64,000 nucleotides of DNA from Eledone cirrhosa (taxonomy: Eukaryota), in contig OZ024743.1 in the NCBI GenBank assembly GCA_964016885.1, positions 347,944,001-348,008,000 of the forward strand. Reading direction: 5' to 3'. The translations under genes were made by a program, and so were the position numbers. A model generated the notes under the pieces. The model ran no database searches. It was not told the origin of the DNA and worked only from the letters and a program-made list of their open reading frames with translations. Positions 25,350 to 41,679 of this stretch are shown here, one piece after another. Within the stretch, counting starts at the first letter, position 1; each line of letters opens with the position of its first letter.

Positions 25350-26692
25350 GTGCCATTATTGATACGGAAAGGAAAATCTCACTTGATCCGTAGCGTACAC
25401 TATTGTTCAGTGACTTGAATGATATCGAATGTGGTATTTCTGACATTTACTCATCAAAGCTTCGATGGAGAACGGACAATCATACTTCTTTAAGCATCTT
25501 AGAAGACTTAATGATAACGCTGACTAGATGCAAATTGTAACTGCGGTAAGTACCGTATAGTATAAAGAAGTATAAACAGCTCAGAAATCTTTACTAATGT
25601 GAATATGAACAAAATGCATCGGTGCATCCAGGAATATATTTGATACAGTTTTTATTAAAGGAGGCGAATAGGGTAGGAGTAAGGTCTCCGCAATATGAGC
25701 GTTGGCTACACAGGTTTGCTATATGAAACACAATCTATAGATTATACATAACATTTGTTTACACACATATGCTCACAAATTCATACACATATATATATAT
25801 ATTTATAAAGAATTGAATTATAAAAGGAGTCATCCAATTAAGTCATATATATTAAGATATGGATAAGCTCAATAAATCGTAAGAACTGAAACAGTGATAC
25901 ATCTTGTACGGATAGGATAATTGAAGAGATAAGTATTACAGAGCATGATATAAGGTTTTGAGTGACTCAACCAAAGATATCAATTAATTGAAAAACACTT
26001 ATTTTTCGACACTGATTAGATCTAACAATAGGGATACAATCCAATTTATCCCTAGGAACAATGCCACCAATTTCTATGATGCTATAGAACATGAATAAGA
26101 TAATTCGATGTTGAGTGGCTATTTCGGAGCGTGTCCCTCACATTGCTCCGGGGCAATGTATTCGCCATCCTATCGGCCAGGGCCCAGAGAGAGTGAAACT
26201 ATATCACTACAAACCAGAGAGTGTCCAAGAAACTCAGATTGTGAAAACCTTGTGAGATTTTACAATGCCAAAACATAGAGTTCTTGAAAATACAAGGCCT
26301 GGCATAATTTTGGTAGGAAACGCACTGAAAAGAGATGTTTTTTGATGTAGCTTGCCCTGGAAACCATTGCATCAATAATAAAGAAAACGAAAGAATGGTA
26401 CTGTATATAAACCTGAAAGTAGATGTCGAGAGAACGTGGAACTAGAAAACAAGAGTGGTAACACATCTGAGTTGAGCACATGAATCGGTGATATAACCCC
26501 CCCCCCCCCGAAAGTTATGATGGAATTGCGATAAGACCCAACATGACGATATTGCAGAAGCCAAGGGTTTTGGGCGCAGCAAATATTCTGAGGAATGTAC
26601 TCTCTAGCTGAGGTTACATGAATTGATAGGGAGTCAGTTAAATGATCCATTATTAATAAGGTCCTCACTGGGCAAATGGATATGAATAATAA
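25350..26692 (+). mobile_element. Old R4/Dong-clade remnant (copy 3)
   Basis: YHYKPESVQETQIVKTL*DF..ENTRPGIILV..DVACP..KENERMVLYINLK..LQKPRVLGAANILRNVLSS* aligns to the copy 2 C-terminus; ends in aataataat. Confidence 0.8.
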
Positions 26693-27729
26693 TTTGGATA
26701 ATAGGAACTACTTTAATACTAATAATAAAAAGGGCCCTCACTGTTTCAATGAGATAAACTATAAAGCCTTATGACCTAATAAACCTACTATCCAATTGAA
26801 TATGATTCTGCACATTGTAAGGGCCTACACCATGATAAGAATAATATAGCTATCTGATTTAGGCACAAGGTCAGCAATTTGTTTTTTGTAGGAGTAGAAT
26901 GTCAAATTAAATCGACCCTAGTGCGTGACTGGAACATTATTTTAAAGCAAAGCTAACATTGGCACGATTTGAACGCAAATGTCCCTAACCCTATATACGA
27001 AACAGGGTGTATAATTCATCTTACCTCATTAATTCTAACCATTGCTCGTATGTGTTGTCAGAGACGGCTTTTTAACTTTCACAATGTCTGTGCAAATTAC
27101 ATTCGAGAGACTTCTAAACTTACTTTTTGCCTGCCTATTTAGAATTTGGTTCATCACCATCATTTTTAAGAAGCATACAAGATTATAAAGTAAACATTTC
27201 CTAAAGAATCTGCACAAATAATTTGTTTACACTGGTGAGTTGTTTGTGCCATGCAAAACACACTCTCTCCATTATAACATTAAGTGCTTTACTGGTACAC
27301 AGTGTGCCCCATACCAGTTGATGCTATACTCTCCCAGTTTGGTAATAAGAGTTGTTGTTCCACAAGGCTGGTTGTCGTAATGAGTCTAGAGAATTCAGCC
27401 TACCCGATCGAGATCACGAAACAGTTTGAAATGTGTAAAAGAACTTACAAATTGTAATAAAAGAAATATAGACAATACATACAGAGAATCGCACGCGCAC
27501 ACAGCCACAACATACGCACGTATGTATATACAACGAATGGACTTTGACTTTTGTTTCATCCTGCAGAGTGGCCGAAATCACCCACCTTCTGAAGCAAGCT
27601 TGGTGGGTTGCCGACGAGTCGTCTATGTGACAGGTTGTACTCGGTTATATGTTACCAGTAGCGCTCAAAAGAGATTTCACAGATACAACGTTTATATATA
27701 TTGATAATAGATGTACGTATATACATATT

Positions 27730-27767
<38 letters not shown>

Positions 27768-27927
27768 CACACATACCTACATACATAAATTGTGTTTCTG
27801 GTGATATGCACTCAAAGTTACACATATACGTTAGTTTAATGTCTACGTAATAGATTCTTCTATACACAGCAATATACAAAAATATATTGTACACATACAT
27901 TTATAAATATAAATATATGTATATATG

Positions 27928-28028
<101 letters not shown>

Positions 28029-28068
28029 GTGTGTATGTATATATATACGGGTGTTATATATATATATA

Positions 28069-28210
<142 letters not shown>

Positions 28211-28639
28211 TATATATATATGCATAATGTTATGTGTGTCGAAGTATTTTTATAATGATGCTTCGGAATTTATACAAAAAGATTAATATTATTATACCAT
28301 TGACGAAATCCGTGTATTTCCTGTAGCGCCATTTAAAAACGGAGAGAGAGTCCTTAGCTTTGTCGTTATTCCTGCAAGGCGTTCTGAATTTCTATAGAGA
28401 CAGGAAACGTATTCATCTCCTTATTAGTAAAACAATTATAAGACATGTCTTCCACTGCACGACAGGTTCCAGACCCGACTGTTTGTGTCGTATTTTTAAA
28501 TCGTCTTCACAATGAATATTGTTATTAATTCTACATCCCTCGTCACAGTTATCGTACAGTGTTCTTGAATGTGGATTGTTTTGAATCTGAATGTCTGTGT
28601 GGGGGTAGTGTTGCTTTGAATGTATGTATGAATGTATGT

Positions 28640-29312
<673 letters not shown>

Positions 29313-29730
29313 TGCACATATAACATACATATGTGTGTGTACGTATACGCATCTGTATGTATATGTTGGTATGAATATATGTATGTATATGTGTATATAT
29401 ATGCGCGTGTGTATGTATGTGTTGGTGTGCATATGTCATATTTGTTTGTTTGTATTTCTTGAAGCTAAAGATATTGAATGAATGAGTAAAAGTAACATCA
29501 TAAATGAACACTTTTCTATGTAATTTTTCGCCATTTTTTCATATTTTTTACTCCTGTTTACTATATTGTATGAATGTCATACTGACTTCATTATATTTGA
29601 CCCCAACCAACACTCTTACACCCTTTGATAATGATATTCAAATTTATTCATTCGAAACACAATTGTTTAAGTTCAAAGAATATTATGATGTAATTTGCCT
29701 TTGTCACCCTCATCATCGCCATCGCCGTCG

Positions 29731-29853
29731 TCTTCTTCTTCTTCTTCTTCTTCTTCTTCTTCTTCTTCTTCTTCTTCTTCTTCTTCTTCTTCTTCTTCTT
29801 CTTCTTCTTCTTCTTCTTCTTCTTCTTCTTCTTCTTCTTCTTCTTCTTCTTCT
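29731..29853. repeat. (CTT)n microsatellite
   Basis: Pure triplet run. Confidence 0.98.
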
Positions 29854-30166
29854 TGCTGCTGCTGTTGTTGTTGCTATCATTATTATTCTCATTGTTATCA
29901 TTTAACTATGTTTTTTCTGTATTTATTTATTCATGTATAATACTGTTTAACAAGTAAGTAGCTATTATCGCATATCTTCTGTTTGAGATTGAATGTTTTG
30001 AAATGTCGCTACGTGCATCAGCGTTATAGCTCGATTTCCTATTTAGTTCAATTTGTCGTTACATCACTTCTCATCATTGTGAATTACACTTATTCAAAAG
30101 TATGTGAGTAACCTAAGCTGATGTTAAAACGTCAATGATGACACCCCCCCCCACGCCCACACACAC

Positions 30167-30235
<69 letters not shown>

Positions 30236-30330
30236 TATATATATAGTTATAATAATAAATTTGAAGACTAAAATCCAAAGAGGGCTCGATAAGGGTAAAT
30301 ATATATCAGATATATAATAACCGTAGAGCA

Positions 30331-31451
<1,121 letters not shown>

Positions 31452-31518
31452 ATCCCGGGTTCAATCGCGGGTAACCACAGTAAGTAGGGTACTGAATACA
31501 TAGCAGAGCATAAATATT

Positions 31519-31637
31519 TAATATAGAAATGGCTTCTACAGGACTACAACTGTTTCATTCGGGAGAAATCGGGGCTTTGCTGATGATTTCACCCGAATTA
31601 AACAGTTCTAGTCTTGTAGAATCCACTTCTATATTAT
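31519..31637. repeat. ~50-bp-arm inverted repeat with hammerhead core
   Basis: CTGATGA at 31580; arm consensus GA-tttc-tccc-gaat-GAAAC-agtt-GTA. Confidence 0.8.
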
Positions 31638-31674
31638 ATATATATATATATTTCTTTTTTTTTATTTCTTATTC

Positions 31675-31715
31675 TATTTTCTGATGAAAAAATAACGTCC
31701 GAAACGTTAAGACTC
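31675..31715 (+). ncRNA. Degenerate hammerhead-like motif
   Basis: CTGATGA-aaaaataacgtcc-GAAAC-gt-TA; stem III palindrome AACGTT; stem II disrupted. Confidence 0.45.
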
Positions 31716-33807
31716 TTTTCCTACTACATCAAGCGTTAAAATCACATAGATATATCTTCATGGTAATATATATAATTTTGCTGTGTTGTATTCCGTTTAT
31801 CTTTTGCCCCAAAATATATACAGGCTGCAGTAATATGCGTATTTGGTGAATTTCAATTGCTAATACAGGCAAAATAAGTCACTTGTTCATTTAAAGAGCA
31901 AAAAATGCCAGATACAGCCGTGCCTGGTGTTTAAATACTGAGCTTCCAGAATAAGCAAAATGCCTATTTTCTAAAAGGTCTTGACTCAGCTGCAACGAAT
32001 GAGCTGGATTGTTGTCATGAAGAAGTGTCTTGTGTCTCCATAGATTTGACTAAACCTAGGAACGTTTGAACAATAACAACTATATTGTTTCTAGTAATAT
32101 CCATTAATGTTTCGTTTCTAGGAAACAGACCGAAAAGATGCAACACCTGGGTACATTCGTGTTTCGCGTTGAATCAGCATTATGCTTTCAGGAGGATAGT
32201 TAATGCAGAAATAAGTCGACAGATTTGATGAAATTTACCAAAATTTAAATAAGGCGGAGGAAAATTTTGTATTTATAATTTACACGCAGAACTCGATCAG
32301 AAACTATATTTAAATTTGAAATAAAAGCAATTTCACTGAATCACTTTAGCCAATCAAATAATACAAAAAATAACTGTTGAATACATTTCAATTTTATTAT
32401 TTGTTTCTTGATATCAGAAGTTTAGTCACACTGTTTGCGACCTGGTCACTGATACAGTTTCACTACAATAAATAAATTGACAATTTTCGCATGCAGGAGC
32501 ACAAAAAAAAAAAAATAATAATAATTTAAAAAAATACTTTCTATATGAATCAATAATGGAGTTTTACGTGACTGTTTACCACTGGACACATTTCCCCTGA
32601 AATCGTTCTCTAGCGGCTTAATAAAAAAGAAAAAAAAAAAAAAGAAAACGAAATATATTTCAAAACGTACAGCTTTTGTTGACAGGATAATGAAAGAAAA
32701 ACAAATAAAAAAGTAAGTTATTCCTATCTACATAATTCTTAGAGCGCCCACATGTGATGTTATTTCCGACATTTTTCCATCATTAACTTTAGGGAAACAG
32801 AAACAAGTGACATTGCCAGATGATATTATTTTTCTTTCTGACTATGAAATATAGTCAGGCTGCGCTGCTACAATAATAACTTTGTAATATAAGCATCTCC
32901 AACGTAGGCTTTCACTGAAATTTTTAAAGTTCAAAAGGTAAACTATACTATAGTCAGAAGCAACAGCGGAGATCGAAAATCGATATACAATATTAAAACA
33001 ATAAAATTCCACCAAACCAGTCATATATAAGATAACTGAATCAAAATTAGCATGTCTTATGTTTAAGCTACTTTCTTATGTATTCTTATATTAAGACATC
33101 GTATACATAATCAAGCACACACAACATCACGCAAACACACGCACACACATTTACATGTATATATGAACGTACATACTAATACATATAGGTATGTGCGTAT
33201 GTATGTATATATACATGTATATATACTAATCCAATGCGTGTGTGAATTTATATACGTATGTATGTATGTATGTATTTATGTATTTATGTCTCTTTGTATG
33301 TCTGTTTGTATGTCTGTTTGTATGTATATATAATCATACTATGGAGAGAGGGAGAGAAGAAAGCGATGCATATATGGAAGTAAGTGAGAGGAAAAATATA
33401 TATACATACATATTTAAGTCGTTGGAGCATGTTTTCATTAAAGCTTAAGCGCTTAGTCCGAGCCAAATAGTAAGTGTTTGATAACAATGACGGAATAGGT
33501 AATAAAAGAACTATAGTTTGTGTTAACTTCTCTTGCCTTCTCTCTTTGAGGAGACTTTTCAATATGCGTTATGTTTGCTTTGGAATTTCCTATGAGAGCA
33601 GGCAAAACAAACAGGCCTAAAATACGCTCTAAACTAACATGGCTACCACACAAGTACCCTAATGAGCTTTTGCTTCTAAACTTTATGTAAACACAAACGT
33701 CATTTAAATCTTTATATTGTAGTAAGATCACTGGTGACATCATAGGAGAATACAGCATATCTAAATGTCTATTTGTCTATCTGTCAATCAAAAACTACAA
33801 TTAGTCA

Positions 33808-33900
<93 letters not shown>

Positions 33901-34055
33901 GTGTGGGGGTATGTGTGTGTGTGTATGCATGCATGCAGGTATGTATGTATGTATTTATATATGTATATGATGGTGTTACTGTGAGAATATATGTATGATG
34001 TATTATATTTCTTTAGTATTTTCAAACCTTACATCCTGCATAAGGTTTACTGCTG

Positions 34056-34088
<33 letters not shown>

Positions 34089-34108
34089 CACACACACACA
34101 CGCACACA

Positions 34109-34280
<172 letters not shown>

Positions 34281-34724
34281 AAACAACAAGCAGGGGTTCA
34301 GATGTTACTAGTTTCACGCTTTGAAAAAAGAAAACGAAAGGAAAGTTTAACGTATTGGGCTTTAGCCCTTCTTTTGGAGTATAACAATATAGATCACTAA
34401 GGATAAATGAAGAAAATAGTAACGCACATATGATTAATGTTTTCCTTTAATATGATGATTTACCCTCACGAACAGTAACTTAATCGCGTTCCGAGATATG
34501 AACCTGCGCACATACTACGTTGTTGGTCCTCCGTCAGTTCCGACAACGAGCGTTCTAGTTGTTGGATCAATGAAACAGATTGTCCCTGAAATATATATGC
34601 GAGTGGTTGAGTCTCACATAGACACGTGTAACCTGACCGTAGTTCTCTGGCATATACAGCGTAACACATTGTCAGAAGAGCTCGAACATTTACTAACTAG
34701 TATACTTCCTTTTGGCTAGCTGTG

Positions 34725-34836
34725 TGAATTAAGGTAATGTGAAGTCTAACTCAGAGCCACACAGCTTTCCCAGGAATGGAATTCATGACATTACGATCGT
34801 GATCTGAACAGCCGAACCACTGCACCACACGCCTTT
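34725..34836 (-). mobile_element. SINE family B fragment
   Basis: Reverse complement aaggcgtgtggtgcagtggttcg..; head resembles 49183-49200. Confidence 0.55.
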
Positions 34837-35014
34837 ACTAATAGAGTGAAAATGAAACAAAACAACAGTTCAAAACACTACCTACCCCATACTTCGTTAC
34901 GCCTCGAGGCTAGAACCACTTTTCTTTTTTCAAAACAGTCTCGTCGTCAAAACGACACACCAGTTTACGTAAACACGCAAGCACGCACGCACACAAACAC
35001 GTACACACACACAC

Positions 35015-35130
<116 letters not shown>

Positions 35131-35450
35131 GTACACACAAACACGCACACACGCATACACACAGAGCCACATAGTTTTATGACATGCCAAGTATAGCAGG
35201 GCCTTTCACTCATCCATCTGCCAATAACAACTAAGGAATCTGGCATTTCTGTACAAGTGAGATAGAAAACAAAGAAATAGATGTAGCATTATTCAGTTCC
35301 AACACAGAAAGCCGTTAATGTCATAGCATGCCAGTTGCCAGCTGATGTACTGATACAGAACTGATGCGGGAACGCCCATTTGATAGGCAACTAGTTCAAG
35401 GTAGGATTCGTGATTAATGGTTCAAGGTTGGGTTAAACGCTGTGACGGAT

Positions 35451-35653
<203 letters not shown>

Positions 35654-35666
35654 ATATATGTTTATA

Positions 35667-35794
<128 letters not shown>

Positions 35795-36089
35795 TCAGAG
35801 AAATGGAGAGAAAGGAATATATATATATACACACATATGTAGAGATTTGTTTAATAAGATGTGGATCAACTTATCTGTCTGTGTGTGTATGTGTCTGTGA
35901 ATGTATAGTTTATAACAAATAAATGACATCGGCAGATTTACGAGTAGTTCCGGCGTATAACTTCCACACACACACCGGAAACAAATATACATATGTAAAT
36001 CTATATTTCTTTTCATCCCGTACGGTGTTTCATGTGGTTGATGAAGTCGGAAAATGAATAAAGAACGTAACAATCGTAGACAATGATAA

Positions 36090-36225
36090 TATTAATTTTT
36101 TCTACTTTAGGCAGCAATTACCCCCAGTGCTTTACTGGTGCTTTATTTTATTCATAAGGATGAAAGTCAAAGCTAACCTCGGCGGGATTTGAACTCAGAA
36201 CGTTAAGGGCCATAACTCTATGCAT
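36090..36225 (-). mobile_element. SINE family A, partial
   Basis: aacctcggcgggatttgaactcaga. Confidence 0.75.
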
Positions 36226-37584
36226 CACAGAATTATAAAAATAATGATTTATTTCATTGGTCCAAAAGCCCGAGACATTGGGGATAATACAAGGGCAAAA
36301 GAAAACAGAGTGGGGTTTTAATCGAGTGACGGAAAGTTGACACCACTGAGGACAATTAAATATTGATAACAATAGAAAACAATAAAAATTACAAATGTGA
36401 ATAAGTACTAGTTCCCCAATGGTGGGGTCAACTGTTCTTTAGGGTAATTCCAGTGAGAACATTATATGTAATACTGGTTTACTTTGTTGCCTCACGGGCA
36501 TTGAAAGTTCCCTCTCCTACATTTCTTTCTCCTGCTAAGAAAAGCAAAGTCAGTGTAGTCCCATTCAGCCTCGTCAATCTCACCACTCTCACCCATCTTT
36601 CATAAAGCACACTAGAAAACAGCATACCTCTCTAATATTACATTCCTTCTCAAGTGGAAGAAGTTGATCAGGGCTTTGCCGGTGAGGAAAATTCCTGTCC
36701 TTAATCTTTGCAGGCGAGTTCGCCATGTAGGTTCGTTCCACATAGCTACAAGACAGTGGGATACGTGACGCACCTCCTTTCGAAAGGAAAGTACCGGCTC
36801 GGTTTTTAATTTAGACTTGGTTGATAGCCGGATCTGTCTTACACCTGATAGCATTTAGTAGACATAAGTCCACATATTTCCATTCAGGGCCACTGAACGA
36901 CAGCAAGCATGACGGATTCGTCGCCCAGAGTGCATCTCTGACAGGTTGGCTGTTGGATTTTCTGTGAGAACTTGTCTCGAATTGGTAGTACCCCTGCGTA
37001 TCACAGCCATGCCAAGGATTTTTGGAATCTATCCATAATCCTCAATCAAAAGAATCAATGCAGACTATTCTCAATGATGTCTAGTGCCTATTAGAGGCTA
37101 TTATACTTCTATAAAACGCGGATGTTTTCTGGTCACCTGCCATATTTTTCAGTCGTTAAAGTGCCGTGACCACCTGGCAGCATTCTAGATGCCAGTCCCC
37201 AGAATATCGTCTGCGCTTGACACACAAATGTGTCTCAACAGCAGATATCTGCGAAACAGTAGTGATAGCATCTGGAGACCAGTATTGAGTGGATTTTCCC
37301 TTTCCACAAAAAGTTCCAATTTAGTCAGATCTTTTGGAAGGCAAGGTTCGACGACCAGGCGGTAATATATCACCGAAGTGTTATATAGGTTTACCACCTC
37401 TGCTCGACATATGAAGGAATCGCTTTCTCTTTGCCCATTTCTGAGTGAAATTGATTATATTGTTCGTGACCTGCACCTTGTTTACTTGCAGACCTTGTTC
37501 AAACTATGATCCCAGCACATTAACTTAGCCACCGGTACAAAAGCAGATGTTTCCACTCGCCAGCATGGGCTTCTGTCTAATAAT

Positions 37585-38000
37585 ATTAATAATTGTTTCT
37601 ACTTTTGGCACAAGGCCAGCAATTACCCAGCGCATTACTGGTACTTTATTTTATCGACCCCGTAAGGATGAAAGGCAAAGTTAACCTCGGCGGGATTTGA
37701 ACTCAGACCGTAAAGGGACGTAAATATGCTGGAAAGCATGGCGCCCGATTCTCTACCGATACTGCCATTCCACCGCCCTTAATAATATTAATAATGATTT
37801 GTACTATTGGGACAAGGACAGCAATTTGGAGGGATGGAAATGTTGATTAAATCGACCCCAGTGCATTACTGGTGCTTTACATTATCGACACTAAGGATGA
37901 CAGGCAAAGCTAACCTCGGTGGGATTTGACCTCCGAACATAAGGGACGTAACTATACCGTGAAGCATTGTGTTCGATGCTCTAAAGATACTGCCAATATG
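37585..38000 (-). mobile_element. Two tandem SINE family A copies
   Basis: 37585-37780 and 37790-38000 are reverse complements of the family consensus. Confidence 0.85.
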
Positions 38001-38004
38001 AATG

Positions 38005-38375
38005 CAACTCCTCCGAAACAGATGGAGACGTTCAAGTATCTCGCGGCTGTGTTCACGAGTGATGGGAGGTAGGAGGCTGAGTTTGGTGCAGCCATTACAA
38101 GAGCTGGTGCAGTAATCTGCCAGCTTCAGCATTCGGTAATCAAAAGAATGGAGGTAGGTGTAAAAGCCAAACTTACTATCTTCAATTCGGTATTCGTACC
38201 AACCCTTACCTCTGGTCGGGAATCTTTGCTAATGAACGAAAGAATACGATCGCAAATACAAGCGGCGGAAATGGGATTTCCTCTAAAGGGTTTTGGAGTA
38301 ACGTTACTCGATGGAGTGCGGTGCTTGGAGATCGAGCTAGCGACCTTGCTTCCAGGACAAACCCAGTCCACGTAC
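38005..38375 (+). mobile_element. RTE-clade (Rex3-like) LINE fragment
   Basis: FKYLAAVFTSDGR*..KAKLTIFNSVFVPTLTSGRESLLMNERIRSQIQAAEMGF. Confidence 0.8.
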
Positions 38376-40499
38376 ATTTATTCAACATACTTTTAAAGCC
38401 GCCACATTAGCCTGAAAGAGTTGAGAAAAAAGGTGCTACTTACACTCCCGGTACTGTTGGAGATCAGGTTGTTCAACATCCATAAAAAGTTAGGTTGCTT
38501 TTGTGAATCCCTTTAAAATCCTACTGGTGACTATTATATTAAAGGTCCCGGGACGTGGAGGAAGCTCTGCCTTATGCACCATCATTTTTACTTGTCATAC
38601 TTTAAATGGGCTGTTACCAAACATTTTCCCTTCTCTCAATATATTCCCTTTGTGCTATGAGCACCATCAATTCGTCGTTGTCCCTCCTCACTAGCACGCA
38701 GTTTGGTATTTGCTTGGCTGGTCGTTGTGGTGTTTGTTTTATTGTGTGGATGGTTTTGGTTTTTAGTAGTGTTCGTAATGCCGGCAGTTGGTGTGGTTGT
38801 GTTTATGGTTGTGACGTTCATGAGGTTGGTGTGCAAATGTGACTTTATTTGGTTTGGGTGTTTTCTGGTGTGTGTGTGTTGATATGAGACAAGATGTTTT
38901 TCGTATTTCTTATGTGGTTTGCCCTCATCTTCACCTGGACTTGAGGAGGTACCGGTGTCTGTGTATTCATATTTAGAGAAGGTGAAGTTAGAGAGAGAAT
39001 GTGGGGCTGGGTGTTTTTGACGTCTGTTGTTTTTCTTTTTGCTCTTGTTCGTGCTGATGGTGTTGCTGTTGTTGGTGCTGGTGCTGGTGCTGGTGCTGGT
39101 GCTGGTGCTGGTGCTGGTGCTTGTGCTGTTGTTGGTTTTGCCGGCATTGTTGTTGATGTTGTTTCTGCTACCGGGTTTGATGCCGCTGTTGTTGGTGTTC
39201 GTTATTGTTGTTGTTGTCATGGCTGTTGGTAGTCCACTGTTTACTGATAGGAGCGTATATGTCTTAAGTGGCCAGTTTTATTTTATACATTTGACAAGGG
39301 GATTTACTACTCTCAACCATAACATGCAATTCCACTCCTTCCGGAAGGCGAATGTGGTCTGGGATCTTGTGAATGTTATCTGATGCGATCTGGAGTAGCT
39401 TTCTCATCAAGTTCGTTTCATCTCTAGGAAGGTGTTGTTTCCTTCTTGGACGATGCAGGCTAATATACACCAGATATTTACCTCTGCTGCTACCCTTGAA
39501 TTCTTGACCCTTGCCTTATTAATTGTTACATACAATGGGTAGAGAAGATTCTTCCAGTTCCATCGGTATCACTGAGTGTTTAACTACCAGCCCTTTATAA
39601 AGAGCACTGAAATGCCTGCATACAGCCTTGTCCGTGTGATGCACTGTATGTCGGGAATAACCTTATTTAGTACTGTTTCTTTTTCGATATGTTTCACTGG
39701 CTCTGACCGTTTCGTGTTCTTCGACATGCACTCATAAATTACATTATCCTTTTAGTTTTCTGCCAACACCCCAGGGGTCTTACATCATCCCATGATTTTT
39801 GCAGTTTGATCAGTTTGGCCGCTTGGGACAAAGACAATTTTTTTTTAATGTTCATGTTATTTTAATGTTTAAACAGTTCGGTTCCATTGGCAGCCGTTTC
39901 TGCAAAGTTATTGTTGTTGGTGATGTTGTTTCCATTGTTGTTCATGTTTTATTTATTACGATTTGTGTAGTCGTTGTTGTCTCATTTAGTGTTTATTTTT
40001 TCTTCTGTCATAGATTTGTTGTTGTTGTAGTGGTGGTGGTGATGTTGCTGGTGTTTCTGAAGGTATTGATGGTGGTAGTGGTGGTGGCCCTTTTGTAGCA
40101 GTGTTGTTATCATCTTTGATGCGTACATTTAGTTTTGTACTACTTGTGATGGCGGCGGTGTTGTTGAATCTTTTAAATGCGGTATATGAATGTCATTATT
40201 TACCCCTGCAAAGTTGTTGGTGTTGCTGCTTTTGCTGCTGTCATTGTTTTGTAGACTTTAGTTTTTCGATCATTCGGATAGTCAGTATGTTCCCTTTTGC
40301 AGACCTTAAATTATTTGCCGTCATCTTATTTAAAAAAAAAAGTGAGGGGCGAGTCTCGAAAGCAAACATGTTTAGCCACTAGGTGTTCTAGATAGAGTAA
40401 AAGCTAACCAGATTGCGAAGGTGCTGGTTCCATTAACCTGAATAACAATAGGAATAACTATAAACTTACGAGAGCGATCACTAACACGTGTCGATAGAC

Positions 40500-40633
40500 G
40501 AAGAAGAAGAAGAAGAAGAAGAAGAAGAAGAAGAAGAAGAAGAAGAAGAAGAAGAAGAAGAAGAAGAAGAAGAAGAAGAAGACAAAAAGAAGAAGAAGAA
40601 GAAGAAGAAGAAGAAGAAGAAGAAGAAGAAGAA
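40500..40633. repeat. (GAA)n microsatellite
   Basis: Triplet run. Confidence 0.98.
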
Positions 40634-41286
40634 AAAATGATGAAAGGAAGAAAGAAAAATGAAGACTAAGGAATAGAAAAAGAAACGGGAAAAATGACTG
40701 ATAAAATGTTAAGAAAACAAATAAAATAAAATAAAACATGCCAAACCCCCCATTACACGCATCTAATATTATCAGCAGACACTGATAGGGGTCTACTAAA
40801 TATGTAAATATTTACTTGATTCTAACCAGGATGGCCTGCCATGATAACAAGATCTGTGGGTGTCGCCAATAAGCGGCAACATATGAAAGAAGACTTGTTA
40901 ATACGCAGATGTTCAATTACGAACAAAACCTCTTATGATAAAATACGCATGCGTGTTTATTGCCATATTTATATTATCAATGGAGTATTCTCTTCTCATT
41001 ATAGAGACTTTATATTAATGTATTTTATTATTCATTTTTTGTTGGTTTTTTTAAATATATTTCTTTGTATTTTTTTTATTTCTAATGCTTTATATGTACA
41101 CACACATATGTGTGCAAACACACACATAGCACGTATTTATTTATATACATATCTACACACACACGACCGATTTTTAATGACGAATGTGTTTCTAAAATAT
41201 CCTTCTTTATCTTTCTAAAAGAAGAGGAATGTATATATATAAATATAAGTATAAATGAAAATTAATACATACCCACGCACACACAT

Positions 41287-41380
<94 letters not shown>

Positions 41381-41679
41381 CCACAAACACTCACACTTAC
41401 ATTAATGTACACTATTGTATACAACTTTAAAATACATACGGATGTCTTAAAAGCAAATTAAACATTGGCTGATAAAGGTCTCAATATGTGTAATTTGCTT
41501 ATATATATACATAGGCTTACGTGTACTTGTATGTGGTGTGTATGTCTGTGGTGTGTGTGCGCGCGCACCTGTGTGTGTGTACTTTAAGAACGATGTGCTA
41601 CCTATAAAAACGCGCAGAAGATCGTGTTTCACGTCAGATTATATTATTATTAATCATATAAATTACGCTCGGTATAAAA

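Larger units (their letters stand above)
36240..40500 (-). mobile_element. Decayed, internally deleted L1/Tx1-like LINE (copy A)
   Basis: 5' motif at about 40470; ORF1-like IPDHIRLPEGVELHVMVESSKSPC; zf-RVT-like LPIRDK..TCQRC..DESV; CLVA..WRTRL..LINFF; 3' UTR shared with 8.8-9.0 kb; collinear with 56.8-60.2 kb. Confidence 0.7.

Noticed and set aside
27608-27645. CCGACGA-gtc..gac..GTA hammerhead-like string (similar weak cases at about 20656 and 34673)
   Set aside because: GAAA box or stems missing; indistinguishable from chance
32670-32945. AG/GT-bounded segments as possible host exons
   Set aside because: The larger segment has stops in all three frames; no homology recognised
38636-39383. 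Thr/Ser/Asn-rich and Ala-Pro-repeat ORFs
   Set aside because: Low-complexity (GGTGCT)n/(GTT)n linker inside the decayed LINE
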